From an uncultured Planctomycetia bacterium (GTDB taxonomy: Bacteria > Omnitrophota > Gorgyraeia > 2-02-FULL-51-18), in assembly GCA_964431835.1 (NCBI GenBank), contig CAYSKO010000002.1:22802-86801 (forward strand): a stretch of 64,000 nucleotides of DNA, written 5' to 3'. Under the pieces are notes generated by a model. It was given only the letters and a program-made list of their open reading frames with translations. It searched no databases and was not told the origin of the DNA. A program made the position numbers and the translations under genes. Numbering within the stretch: the first letter of the stretch is position 1; the number at the start of each line of letters is the position of its first letter. Below, one piece after another: positions 1-8,634 of this stretch.

Positions 1-1
1 G

Positions 2-991
2 AACATCGACAAGAACCGCGCGGAAATCTCGGTCAGCGTCGCCGACATGAAGGCGCGGCTCGAGGAGTGCCAGACGTCCATTCGCTCGTTCGAGGGCGAA
101 CGCCGCCAGCTTTACGGACGGCTCGAGCAGTCGATGAGCCAGATATTGAGTACGGAACAACAGCTTCGCGTGGAAACCAGCGCGCTCCGGAACGCGCTCA
201 CGTCCAGCGCCGGAACGCGCGGCTCGTTCGGAGAGATGATTCTCGAACAGCTCCTGCAGGACAACGGCTTCGTCAACGGCGTTCATTACGAGACGCAAGT
301 CCGGATGGGGGACGACGGGGAATCGAGGCCCGATTTCGTGGTGAACGTCCCCGGAAACAGAAAGCTCATCATCGACTCTAAAGAAGTCGCCGGTGAATTC
401 GTTCTCGCTCACGAGACCGAAGATCCGTCCAAACGCAGGGAACACCTCGACAAACTCGCCCAGAACATCCGCTCGAACTATGTGCGTCTCTGCAAGCGGG
501 ACTACCTCTCGCAAATGAAAGACCAGGCACTGCCTTTCGTGGTCATGTTCATTTCGAACGAATCCGCCCTCCGCGATGTCCTTCAGCACGACCCGACCAT
601 TTTCCGCGAAGCCTGCGACAAAAAAATCTATCTCGCGAGCCCCCTTTCCGTCATTCCGCTCATCCATCTGGTCGGCTACGCCTGGCAGCAGCATCAGCTC
701 GCCGCCAACGCCAAGGAACTCGGCGACACCGTGGAGGAGCTTGGGAACCGCCTCGCGACTTTCGTGAAACATCTGTCGGCGATGCGCGACGGCGTCGATA
801 AGACGGCCGAATCTTGGGAAAAAGCGCTCGCTTCCTGGGATCGCCGCGTCGCGCCGCAGATCGAGAAGGCGCGCACGCTCGGAGGCCGCCTTAAGGAAAC
901 CGAACCGCTCCTTCCACTCGAGACGCGTATGCGCCTGCCTTCCCAACCCGCTCCGGCCCCGAATGAGCCCATCCCACCCGCTAAGATTTAG
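2..991 (+). CDS. rmuC: DNA recombination protein RmuC (5' partial; reading frame open from window start)
   Basis: Frame is open from nt 2 with the ORF-track Met at 47. Long coiled-coil N-region followed by the conserved RmuC C-terminal nuclease-like block (PDFVVNVPGNRKLIIDSK...VVMFISNES). Stop at 989-991. Confidence 0.75.
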   Translation, partial: NIDKNRAEISVSVADMKARLEECQTSIRSFEGERRQLYGRLEQSMSQILSTEQQLRVETSALRNALTSSAGTRGSFGEMILEQLLQDNGFVNGVHYETQVRMGDDGESRPDFVVNVPGNRKLIIDSKEVAGEFVLAHETEDPSKRREHLDKLAQNIRSNYVRLCKRDYLSQMKDQALPFVVMFISNESALRDVLQHDPTIFREACDKKIYLASPLSVIPLIHLVGYAWQQHQLAANAKELGDTVEELGNRLATFVKHLSAMRDGVDKTAESWEKALASWDRRVAPQIEKARTLGGRLKETEPLLPLETRMRLPSQPAPAPNEPIPPAKI

Positions 992-1020
992 ATAAAAGAC
1001 CATAATCTATATAATATTAT

Positions 1021-1049
1021 TTGCTTTTCACGTAGGCGGCTGATAATAT
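1021..1049 (+). promoter_or_regulatory. Putative sigma70-type promoter (TTGCTT-17 nt-TAATAT) in an AT-rich intergenic island upstream of the PC4-like gene
   Basis: ttgctt at 1021-1026 and taatat at 1044-1049 with 17-nt spacing, in a 258-nt AT-rich gap within a GC-rich genome. No experimental support. Confidence 0.3.
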
Positions 1050-1248
1050 TGGTGCCGTCACGGAACGCGAAGTTTTTAGGTGCACCTACCGGACTTTTAA
1101 GTTCGTCCTAGGAGATAGTGAAGCGATTCTCCGGCCCTGAAACGACCGCCCTTTCCGCGGGTGCTCCCGCCACCTTTCCCGCTCCAGAATTTCCATCTTC
1201 CATTATAAAAGTTTTTTTCTACTCGGTCGTCCGTCTGGAGGGCCTTTC

Positions 1249-1488
1249 ATGAACAAGCTCGTCACCGCATTCCAGAAGAACAAGCTTGAGGAAGTGCGTG
1301 TGCACGTCAAAGAACTCAAAGGGTACGATCTGGTCGATATCCGGGTCTATACGGCGCTTGGGGAAGGCGAGGACATGATTCCGACGGGCAAAGGACTGTC
1401 GATCGACGTGTCCCGCTTCCTGGAGCTAAAAAAGGCGATACTCGATACGGAACAAACGTTGAGGGAGAACAATTTACTTAATGAGTAA
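1249..1488 (+). CDS. Small PC4/YdbC-like putative ssDNA-binding protein (79 aa)
   Basis: Pattern KGYDLVDIRVY...PTGKGLSIDVSRFLELKKAI matches the bacterial PC4-like fold signature (KG..VDIR.Y...P.KGLSI...F..L). Its last 8 nt overlap the next gene's start. Confidence 0.45.
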   Translation: MNKLVTAFQKNKLEEVRVHVKELKGYDLVDIRVYTALGEGEDMIPTGKGLSIDVSRFLELKKAILDTEQTLRENNLLNE

Positions 1489-2281
1489 GCTTATGGAGGC
1501 GCTGAAAGCGAGCGCCAAAGACAAACCCGCCGTCTCCGAAGAGACCGGCGCACGACCCGTCAAGACTGATTACGAAATGACTCAAGAACAGCTAGCCGAG
1601 ATCTATTTCTCCGCCGCCGAAAAGAAGCCGCAGTCTCCGCCGCCGATGATCATCAAAGTCATCGAACGGCCTGGAATCGCGAGCGTGATCCCTTGGATTA
1701 TCACCTCGATTGCCTTCCTTATAACGGCGTTCAGCCTTTTTTCCACCAAACGCGTCTTCGTCGACATCAAGGTAATCGACGAAAAAAGCGGCTATTTCGC
1801 CTCTGCGGAGCCGCCAGCTGCCGTCGTGGAGCCCGAGGCTCCGGTGGATCCCGGCGCGACGGAGGTTTCGATGCGCGGGGCGATGCTCGAAGGCGCAGGC
1901 CGGCTGAAGAGCGAGTTTTCGAACGAAGGGCTCATGTTGGTCAATACGTCGGTTGCGCCTTTCGCGCGGGCGAGCGTGCAGATGGCTCCGACGGATCTCT
2001 CGGACCGCAAGATCGTCTTTTACGCGCGCGGTGTACGGGGCGGGGAGAAGCTCGGTTTCTCCCTGAAGGACAAGAACAACAACTCCGCGTTCGAACGCGG
2101 CAAGGTGTATCCGTTTCCGGACGGCCTTTCGACCGAATGGCGCCGGGCCGAAATACCGCTCGAAGGCACGGCCAAGGAATTCAATCCGCGCAAGGTGATC
2201 AGCATGCGCTTTGAATTCGGGTCCAACGTCGACAACAAAGCGGGCGACACCGTGTACGTGAAAGACTTGAGGATCGTCTAA
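1481..2281 (+). CDS. Membrane-anchored hypothetical protein with an extracytoplasmic beta-rich domain
   Basis: One TM helix (IASVIPWIITSIAFLITAFSLF) followed by about 180 aa of beta-rich sequence. Translationally coupled to the preceding small gene and 5 nt upstream of the ParA-CBM48 gene. Confidence 0.5.
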   Translation: MSKLMEALKASAKDKPAVSEETGARPVKTDYEMTQEQLAEIYFSAAEKKPQSPPPMIIKVIERPGIASVIPWIITSIAFLITAFSLFSTKRVFVDIKVIDEKSGYFASAEPPAAVVEPEAPVDPGATEVSMRGAMLEGAGRLKSEFSNEGLMLVNTSVAPFARASVQMAPTDLSDRKIVFYARGVRGGEKLGFSLKDKNNNSAFERGKVYPFPDGLSTEWRRAEIPLEGTAKEFNPRKVISMRFEFGSNVDNKAGDTVYVKDLRIV

Positions 2282-2286
2282 GACTC

Positions 2287-3363
2287 ATGAACGTCATCGC
2301 GGTCTCCAATCAAAAGGGCGGGTGCGGCAAAACGACGACCGCGATCAATCTCGCGGCGTCGCTGGCGTCGCTCGGCCGCCGCACGCTTTTGATCGACCTC
2401 GACCCGCAAGCTCACGCGACGTTCGGATTGGGTTTCCGCGGCGAACCGCAGAGGCTCTCGATGTACAACGTGCTAACCGAGCAGGAAGGAAAGCGACAGA
2501 GCTTCCTCGAAAGCGTCATCGTTTCGGTTTCGGCGTGCTTCGACCTGGCGCCCTCGCATGTTCTTCTCAGCACAATCGAGCAAGAGTTCACGACCAAAGA
2601 CGAATCGATCCAGCGCCTGCGCGAACTCCTCTCAAGCCTGTCGTTTCCGTACGATTACGTCGTGATCGACTGTCCGCCCTCCCTCGGGTTCCTCACGTTC
2701 AACGCCCTCCGTGCGGCGGAGACCGTGATCGTGCCTATCGAGCTTTCTTCGTTCTCCTTGATGGGCGTGGGTAAGCTTCTCAGTATGATCGAGCTTCTGA
2801 AGGTGAAGCTACAGCACACGCCGCGCGTGTTTGCCCTGCCGACGATGATCGACATGCGCACGCGCTTCTCGCGCCGGATGATGGACGAAATCCGGGGGGC
2901 GTTCGGGGAGCACGTGCTGAACAGCGCGATCCGCCAGACGATCTCGATCCGCGAATCGCAGGCCGCAGGCCGGCCGGTCGTTTCTCTCGATCCAAAATCG
3001 AAGGGCGCGATCGACTATCTCGTCCTCGCACAGGAAATCGCAAACAAGCTTCCCTCGGCCGCCGCCTCGCAGATAGAGGCGCCTCCCGCGGTGACGCCTG
3101 CCGACCGTTTGAAAGACTTCTCATTCCGGGCGATGGGCGCGCGTGAAGTGCATGTGGTCGGCGACTTCAACAACTGGCGTGTTTCGACGAACTCGCTCCT
3201 CTGGCAGAAAGAAGAGGGTGTATGGCAGAAGAAAGTCCATCTCGGACCGGGGCGCTACCGCTACAAGTTCGTCGTGGACGGCCGTTGGACCACCGATCCC
3301 CGAAACCAGGAAATCGAACCCAATCCGTACGGCGGGGTCGACTCGGTCCTCGAAGTCGATTAA
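2287..3363 (+). CDS. ParA/MinD-family P-loop ATPase fused to a C-terminal AMPK-beta-type glycogen-binding module (CBM48)
   Basis: Deviant Walker A NQKGGCGKTTTAINLAASLA and a ParA-type Walker B region VVIDCPPSLGFL. C-terminal 80 aa (VHVVGDFNNWRV...RYRYKFVVDGRWTTDP) match the AMPK1_CBM/CBM48 consensus (VYVSGSFNNW...YKFFVDGQW..DP). Confidence 0.8.
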   Translation: MNVIAVSNQKGGCGKTTTAINLAASLASLGRRTLLIDLDPQAHATFGLGFRGEPQRLSMYNVLTEQEGKRQSFLESVIVSVSACFDLAPSHVLLSTIEQEFTTKDESIQRLRELLSSLSFPYDYVVIDCPPSLGFLTFNALRAAETVIVPIELSSFSLMGVGKLLSMIELLKVKLQHTPRVFALPTMIDMRTRFSRRMMDEIRGAFGEHVLNSAIRQTISIRESQAAGRPVVSLDPKSKGAIDYLVLAQEIANKLPSAAASQIEAPPAVTPADRLKDFSFRAMGAREVHVVGDFNNWRVSTNSLLWQKEEGVWQKKVHLGPGRYRYKFVVDGRWTTDPRNQEIEPNPYGGVDSVLEVD

Positions 3364-3373
3364 AATAGGGCTC

Positions 3374-3919
3374 ATGCCCAAGCCCACGTTCCGCCTCCTC
3401 GAATCGAACCTCATTTACAAAGGTAGCCGCGCGTCCTTCGTGAAGGACCGCTTCGAATTGAGTCGCGCGCCGGGCAAGATCGTCACGCGCGTGGTGCTGC
3501 GTCATCCGGGCGCGGTCGTGATTCTTCCTTTCTCGGCTCCGGGGAAAATCCTGCTCCTGCGCCAATTCCGCTACGCGACCCGCGGCGACATTGTCGAGGT
3601 GCCGGCCGGAACCATCGAAGCCGGCGAACGCCCGCTCGTCTGCGCCAAGCGCGAACTTGAAGAGGAGACCGGTTTCAGGGCGAGCCGCTGGAAATTTCTC
3701 ACGCGCTTCTATCCCGCGCCCGGTATCTCGGACGAAGTGATGCATCTCTACCGTGCCGACGGGCTCAAGCCGGGCCGGAAGAATCTGGATCACGACGAAT
3801 TTCTGGAGCATTTCGAAATCCCGCTCGAACGGGCGGTCGCTCTGGCTCGGAGCGGAAAGATCCGCGACGGAAAGACGCTCGTAGCGCTCCTTTGGGCCGC
3901 GCGGTTCGGCGCGAAATGA
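3374..3919 (+). CDS. NUDIX hydrolase (ADP-ribose pyrophosphatase-like)
   Basis: Nudix box GERPLVCAKRELEEETGF. Start is placed at the ATG just after the parA stop; the longer ORF-track start at 3143 overlaps parA in another frame. ATGA overlap with the next gene. Confidence 0.75.
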   Translation: MPKPTFRLLESNLIYKGSRASFVKDRFELSRAPGKIVTRVVLRHPGAVVILPFSAPGKILLLRQFRYATRGDIVEVPAGTIEAGERPLVCAKRELEEETGFRASRWKFLTRFYPAPGISDEVMHLYRADGLKPGRKNLDHDEFLEHFEIPLERAVALARSGKIRDGKTLVALLWAARFGAK

Positions 3920-5004
3920 ACGACGCCAAGCGGTATCAGAGGGAAAAGCTGCGGCTTTATTTTCTCGGAGTCGCGGTCGATCTGTGTGCGCTCCTCGTCC
4001 TTCAGGCGACCGGCGCTTCGGAAAGGGTAGCCCTCGCCGCCGCCGGCGCTCCCTTCAGGCTCGCGGAAATTGCCCTCTACATGTTGGTTTTCTTCCATGG
4101 ACCCTGGCTCGCGGGGCTTCCACTCCGTTTCTACGCGGGCCACGTGGTGGAGCGGCGATGGAATCTCTCCACCCAAGCCTCCGGAGCGTGGTTCTTCGAC
4201 GAGTTTAAACGCTGGGTGCTGGGCCTCGCGTTCTTCGTGCCGACGATGACGGGACTCGTTTGGGTCATGGATTCCTGCGGATCCTCCTGGTGGATGGCGG
4301 CCGCGGCAGGATGGACGCTCGTCACGCTTTTTGTCTCCACGATCTTTCCGACCGTGATTATTCCTATTTTTTACCCGGTGAAACCCGTGACAGGTGAGTT
4401 GCGCGAGCGGATCGCCGAGCTTTTCGCGCGTTTCGGAGTCCGCCTCGTGGGCGTCTACGAACTCGCGCTGTCGAAGAAAACGAAGAAAGCCAACGCCATG
4501 CTTGCGGGGATCGGAAACGCGCGCCGCGTGTACCTTGGAGACACGCTTCTTGGCGGATTCGAGCCCGATGAAACACGGATGGTGGTCGCACATGAGCTCG
4601 GACATCACGTCCTCCGCCACATTCCGAAGGGACTCGCTTTCCATACCGTAGCCGCCGCAGCAGGTTTTTTTCTTCTCGACCGGATCGGCGGCCCCCTCGT
4701 ACGCGCTGCGGGTGGATACGCTCTTTGGGATCTCGCCGTTTTTCCAACCGTCGCCCTTCTTTCTACATTGGGCGCGCTCGCGTTCGTTCCCGCGCAGAAC
4801 GCGTTCTCCCGCCGCATGGAGTATGAAGCCGACGCGTTCGCCTTGAAAGCTTTCCCTTCGCGCGCAACGTTCGAATCGCTGATGCGCCGCCTGGCGTCGA
4901 AGAACCTTGCCGACACCGACCCCGACCCCTTCGTAGAATTCGTTTTTTACAGCCACCCGTCCATTTCGAACCGCGTGAAACGCGCGCAAAGTCTGCCGTC
5001 GTGA
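3916..5004 (+). CDS. M48-family zinc metallopeptidase (HtpX/Ste24-like), polytopic membrane protein
   Basis: Several TM segments plus HELGHHVLRH (HExxH) and a downstream Glu-containing motif (EYEADAFAL) typical of the M48 family. Confidence 0.7.
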   Translation: MNDAKRYQREKLRLYFLGVAVDLCALLVLQATGASERVALAAAGAPFRLAEIALYMLVFFHGPWLAGLPLRFYAGHVVERRWNLSTQASGAWFFDEFKRWVLGLAFFVPTMTGLVWVMDSCGSSWWMAAAAGWTLVTLFVSTIFPTVIIPIFYPVKPVTGELRERIAELFARFGVRLVGVYELALSKKTKKANAMLAGIGNARRVYLGDTLLGGFEPDETRMVVAHELGHHVLRHIPKGLAFHTVAAAAGFFLLDRIGGPLVRAAGGYALWDLAVFPTVALLSTLGALAFVPAQNAFSRRMEYEADAFALKAFPSRATFESLMRRLASKNLADTDPDPFVEFVFYSHPSISNRVKRAQSLPS

Positions 5005-5489
5005 AGCGACTAGGAGCGGTCTTCCTCGCGCTGTCGCTTTTGACGGGAACGCCGGCGGGAGCAGAGGGCCGCCGTCAGGCGATCGTCTCCTGGGTAATCG
5101 ACGGCGACACGTTCCAGACCTCCGATGGCGAGCGGGTGCGCCTTTTGGGCATCGATTCCCCGGAATACCAGCCGCATCGCCGGAAGATCGATCCGTTCGG
5201 CAAGGAAGCGTCGGAATTTGCCAAAAAAACGCTCACCGGGAAGAAGGTGCTCCTCGAAGGGGACGTGGAACCCAAGGACAAGTACGGCCGGACGCTCGCG
5301 TACGTGTATCTTCCTGACGGGACCTTCGTGAACGAGAGCATCGTCGCCCAAGGACTCGCCAAAAGCCGCTATTACAAGCCCAACGGAAAGCACCGCGAGG
5401 AACTGAAAGCGGCTCAAAAGGCGGCTAAGAAGGCCAAGAAGGGCATTTGGAGCCTCGAGGCGTCTTCCGCCGGGCGCGGGTCTTCTTGA
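5001..5489 (+). CDS. Secreted thermonuclease (SNase/micrococcal nuclease family)
   Basis: Signal peptide followed by the SNase motifs VIDGDTF...RVRLLGIDSPE...GRTLAYVY. Confidence 0.8.
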   Translation: MKRLGAVFLALSLLTGTPAGAEGRRQAIVSWVIDGDTFQTSDGERVRLLGIDSPEYQPHRRKIDPFGKEASEFAKKTLTGKKVLLEGDVEPKDKYGRTLAYVYLPDGTFVNESIVAQGLAKSRYYKPNGKHREELKAAQKAAKKAKKGIWSLEASSAGRGSS

Positions 5490-5534
5490 TAATTGGGACG
5501 AAAGGGTTTAAAATGTCCTCAAAAAGGTCCCTTT

Positions 5535-6128
5535 ATGATTAAAGAAGCCAAAATTTCCTCGGTAGTTTCTCTTTTTCCGCTGCCGCAGTACGTCGTCGTG
5601 CTCGAGGACGTGCAGAAGACACGGCTCGTCCCTATCTGGATCGGCGTGAACGAGGGGAACGCCATCGCGCTCGAGATGCAGGGCGAAAAGTTTCCGCGCC
5701 CCCTGACGCACGACCTCATGGTGAATATGCTGAAGACACTCGGCGCCGAGATCGAGAAGGTCGTCGTCAGCGATCTCCGCGACAACAGCTACTACGCGAT
5801 CATTTTCGTGAAACACGACGGGAAGACGATCGAGATCGACGCGCGGCCGTCGGACTCCCTGGCGCTGGCCGTGCGCGTGCACTGCCCGATTTTCATCGAC
5901 GAGAAAGTGTTGAACAAGTGCCCCCAGATCGACGGCTCGATTACGCAGGACGACGTTGATAAGTTCAAGGACATGCTGAAGACGATGTCCTCGGAAGAGT
6001 TCTTTAAGACTCTGGAAGAATCTCCCGCGGCGGACGGCCCCGATCTCAAGGCTTTCTCCGCGTTCGGCGAGGACGAGGAAGATGACGAGGAAACCGAAGA
6101 CGAAGAGGAAGAAGATGACGAGCGCTGA
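5535..6128 (+). CDS. Bifunctional nuclease domain protein (DUF151/BFN) with an acidic C-terminal tail
   Basis: LVPIWIGVNEGNAIALEMQGEKFPRPLTHDLM is the hallmark BFN motif. Start chosen at MIKEAK; the ORF-track start at 5493 is also possible. C-terminal poly-Glu/Asp tail. Confidence 0.6.
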   Translation: MIKEAKISSVVSLFPLPQYVVVLEDVQKTRLVPIWIGVNEGNAIALEMQGEKFPRPLTHDLMVNMLKTLGAEIEKVVVSDLRDNSYYAIIFVKHDGKTIEIDARPSDSLALAVRVHCPIFIDEKVLNKCPQIDGSITQDDVDKFKDMLKTMSSEEFFKTLEESPAADGPDLKAFSAFGEDEEDDEETEDEEEEDDER

Positions 6129-6146
6129 AGCGCCCGTCCACTGACG

Positions 6147-7703
6147 GTGGGCGCTCAAGGGGTAGGGCTTTACTTCGACGCCAAGCGCGTCTATCTGGTC
6201 GAGCTCCGCAAGGAGTTCGGCGAAATCCATATTTCCCGTTCCGCCGAGATCGACGTCCCGCCTCCGGCATCCGGAATGCTCCATGAATTCGGCCCCGAGA
6301 CCTGGGAAGCCATCCGCCAGGCGTTCGACCGCACGAAGATCCAGTCGCGCAGTATCGCAATCGCGCTCCCCGAGCGCGAGATCATGGTCCGCTACTTCGA
6401 CATGCCGCTTTTGCCGAAAAAAGAACAGACGGCGGCGATCCGTTTCGAATCCCAAAAATACCTCCCGTTCGACGTCCGCGATCTTTACTCCGACTACGAA
6501 CTTTTTCCCGACAAACGCCACAAACGCATGGGTGTCGCTTTCCTGGCCTCGCGGAAGAAGATCGTCGACGACGTCGCGCACAATCTCGAGCAGATGGGTG
6601 TCCGCATCGCGGCGGTCGAGACCGTATCGGTCGCGCTCATCCGCACACTTCCTCCGGCGGCCGTAAAAACCGAGGTCCAGGCGCTCGTGTCGATCGACCG
6701 GGACGGCGCGCTCACGACCGTCGTCTTCCGCGGCAAGTCGATTCTCATGTCGCGCTCGAGCGCTCCGCGTCCCGCGCCGCTCGGCGTCGCCGCGACCGCG
6801 CCCTCGGAAGAGGTCGTCGCGGAAATCCGCCTGGCGTTCAATTATTTCTCCAAAAGCTTCAAGGGTGAGCCGATCAAACGGATGCTCGTGAGCGTGGATC
6901 CGGGCGAGGAGCTGATCGGCTGGGAGGAGCTGCTTCAACGCGAATTCGGGCTACCCGTTTCGACGATCAACGCCATCCATACGCTCGGCCGCACGAAGAC
7001 CGTTTCCCCGGGTATGGCCGTCGCCATCGGCGCGGCGCTCCGCTGGGTGATGCGCGATGCGAAGGTGAACCTGCTTCCGCACACGACCGCCAAGCGGGTC
7101 GAGAGCCAGTCGCTTTCCCCGGAAGAGGAGAAGGAAGTCCTGCAGAAATGGGCCATCCGCTTCGCGATCGCGGGCCTGGTGGCGCTGGTGGCTCTGCATT
7201 TCGCGCTGGGCGCGCAGCTCGACGACCGCAAGAAGAAGCTCGACGCGGCCCGCCGCTCCCCGGCGCGCGCGGCCACCGCCAACGCGGGCATGTCGCCCGA
7301 TCAGTTGAAACAGCGCGAAGCCGCGATCAATAAGAAGCTGGTTTTCCTTTCGAATGTCTTCGAAAAGCGCGTTCTGGTCACCTCTAAACTCGTCGAGGCG
7401 GCGCGCGCGCTGCCCGAGGAAGTCCGCCTCTCCTCGCTGGATTATTCGGATCCCGGAGACAGGGAAGGCAAGTCATTCCCGACCATGAAACTCGAGGGGA
7501 TGATCTCGCTCAGCAATTCCGGGAGCGAGCTCGCACTGGCGAACCGGTTCGTCACGGCGCTCAAGGAAAACGAGGCCTTCACGCGCGGATTCGCGGACGT
7601 CAAGCTGACGGCGGTCCGCAAGAGCGTTCCGGCTCAGGACCAAGTCGCCGCGCGGCCCGGTTATGTGAGCGTCGACTGCGTGCCCGTGGAGGTGCGTGGC
7701 TGA
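6147..7703 (+). CDS. pilM: Type IV pilus assembly protein: PilM (actin-like ATPase fold) fused to PilN (TM plus periplasmic domain)
   Basis: N-terminal 350 aa are PilM-like. A TM helix (WAIRFAIAGLVALVALHFALGAQL) follows, then a PilN-like periplasmic region. TGATG overlap with pilO. Confidence 0.75.
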   Translation: MGAQGVGLYFDAKRVYLVELRKEFGEIHISRSAEIDVPPPASGMLHEFGPETWEAIRQAFDRTKIQSRSIAIALPEREIMVRYFDMPLLPKKEQTAAIRFESQKYLPFDVRDLYSDYELFPDKRHKRMGVAFLASRKKIVDDVAHNLEQMGVRIAAVETVSVALIRTLPPAAVKTEVQALVSIDRDGALTTVVFRGKSILMSRSSAPRPAPLGVAATAPSEEVVAEIRLAFNYFSKSFKGEPIKRMLVSVDPGEELIGWEELLQREFGLPVSTINAIHTLGRTKTVSPGMAVAIGAALRWVMRDAKVNLLPHTTAKRVESQSLSPEEEKEVLQKWAIRFAIAGLVALVALHFALGAQLDDRKKKLDAARRSPARAATANAGMSPDQLKQREAAINKKLVFLSNVFEKRVLVTSKLVEAARALPEEVRLSSLDYSDPGDREGKSFPTMKLEGMISLSNSGSELALANRFVTALKENEAFTRGFADVKLTAVRKSVPAQDQVAARPGYVSVDCVPVEVRG

Positions 7704-8233
7704 TGGCCATCGAATTCAGAAACACCAAAGAGAAGCTGATCGCGCTGGGAGCGATCGTCACGCTCGTGACGGCGTTCATTGGTTGGAATTTCGTCGCCCG
7801 TCCGAAATCCGCGACGGCCAAGAAGCTCGAGGTCTCGCGCCGCGGAGACATCGAGAAGACGGATATCGTCCGCCGCATCGCCGAAGGGGAGACGAAGTTC
7901 GAATCCTACAGGGCTCGCCTAGCCGAGAAGCGCGAGTCGAGCTGGTTCATCGAAACGCTCAACGAGATCGCCGATCGCGCGGAGATCAACCTCTCTCTCG
8001 TGACGCCGCTTCCGCGCGTCGCCGGCGAAAGCTTCGAGCGTATTCCGCTGCGCATCGAGATGACGTGTCCCTATGGAAAACTCGGGGCGTTTCTTGAGGC
8101 AGTCGAGAACCACACGCCGACCATCCGCGTCGAATCGCTCCGGATCGAAGGCTCAGGCGACCCGTTGAAGACGGCCGACGAATTACGCGTCTCCTTGACG
8201 CTCGCGGTTCTGCGCCCGTCGGAGCCGCTTTGA
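7703..8233 (+). CDS. pilO: Type IV pilus assembly protein PilO
   Basis: N-terminal TM plus coiled coil and a PilO-like C-terminal domain. Positioned between pilMN and pilP/pilQ. Confidence 0.65.
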   Translation: MAIEFRNTKEKLIALGAIVTLVTAFIGWNFVARPKSATAKKLEVSRRGDIEKTDIVRRIAEGETKFESYRARLAEKRESSWFIETLNEIADRAEINLSLVTPLPRVAGESFERIPLRIEMTCPYGKLGAFLEAVENHTPTIRVESLRIEGSGDPLKTADELRVSLTLAVLRPSEPL

Positions 8234-8634
8234 TGCGCCGCGCCTTTTCGATCGCCGCAGCGCTTATCGCGCTCGCTTCCGTCTCCTTCGCGGCGGAAGC
8301 CCCAAAACCCCACGCCGCCCAAAAACCCGACGCCGCCAAAGTCGCCGCGCCGAAAGTCGAGGCCGTGACCGCGTCCTTCGACCGGGCGGTGAGAGACCCA
8401 TTCAATTTTTCAGGAGCTGGGCCGGTCCAAAAGACCGACAAGCCGAAACAGACGGGCTACACGCTCGAAGGGATCGTTTGGATGTCCGACCGTCCGCAGG
8501 CGATCGTGAACGGAAAGATCGTCGAGCGCGGCTCGAAGCTCGACAACGCGGAAATTTTGGATATCGATGAAAAAGGTGTTAAAATGCGCGTAGACGGCAA
8601 AGAGCTTCTTCTTAAGCCTAGGGGACAAAATTAA
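8230..8634 (+). CDS. PilP-like periplasmic pilus assembly protein (secreted, 134 aa)
   Basis: Signal peptide, Pro/Ala/Lys-rich linker and a beta-rich C-terminal domain. Lies immediately upstream of the secretin gene, as pilP does. Confidence 0.5.
   Translation: MMRRAFSIAAALIALASVSFAAEAPKPHAAQKPDAAKVAAPKVEAVTASFDRAVRDPFNFSGAGPVQKTDKPKQTGYTLEGIVWMSDRPQAIVNGKIVERGSKLDNAEILDIDEKGVKMRVDGKELLLKPRGQN

Noticed and set aside
3143-3373. Upstream extension of the NUDIX ORF (ORF-track start 3143)
   Set aside because: It overlaps the ParA-CBM48 gene in another frame, and an ATG with an appropriate context sits immediately after the parA stop.
5508-6938. Long antisense ORFs opposite real genes (476 aa here; similar ones at 10572-12491, 21088-22260, 23166-24707, 24538-26562, 29604-30845, 30870-32054, 3790-4989)
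   Set aside because: These are typical shadow ORFs of a 63% GC genome. Their translations are Arg/Ala/Gly-rich with no motifs and they lie antisense to well-supported genes (pilM, pilB, uvrD, MFS, cytochrome c).
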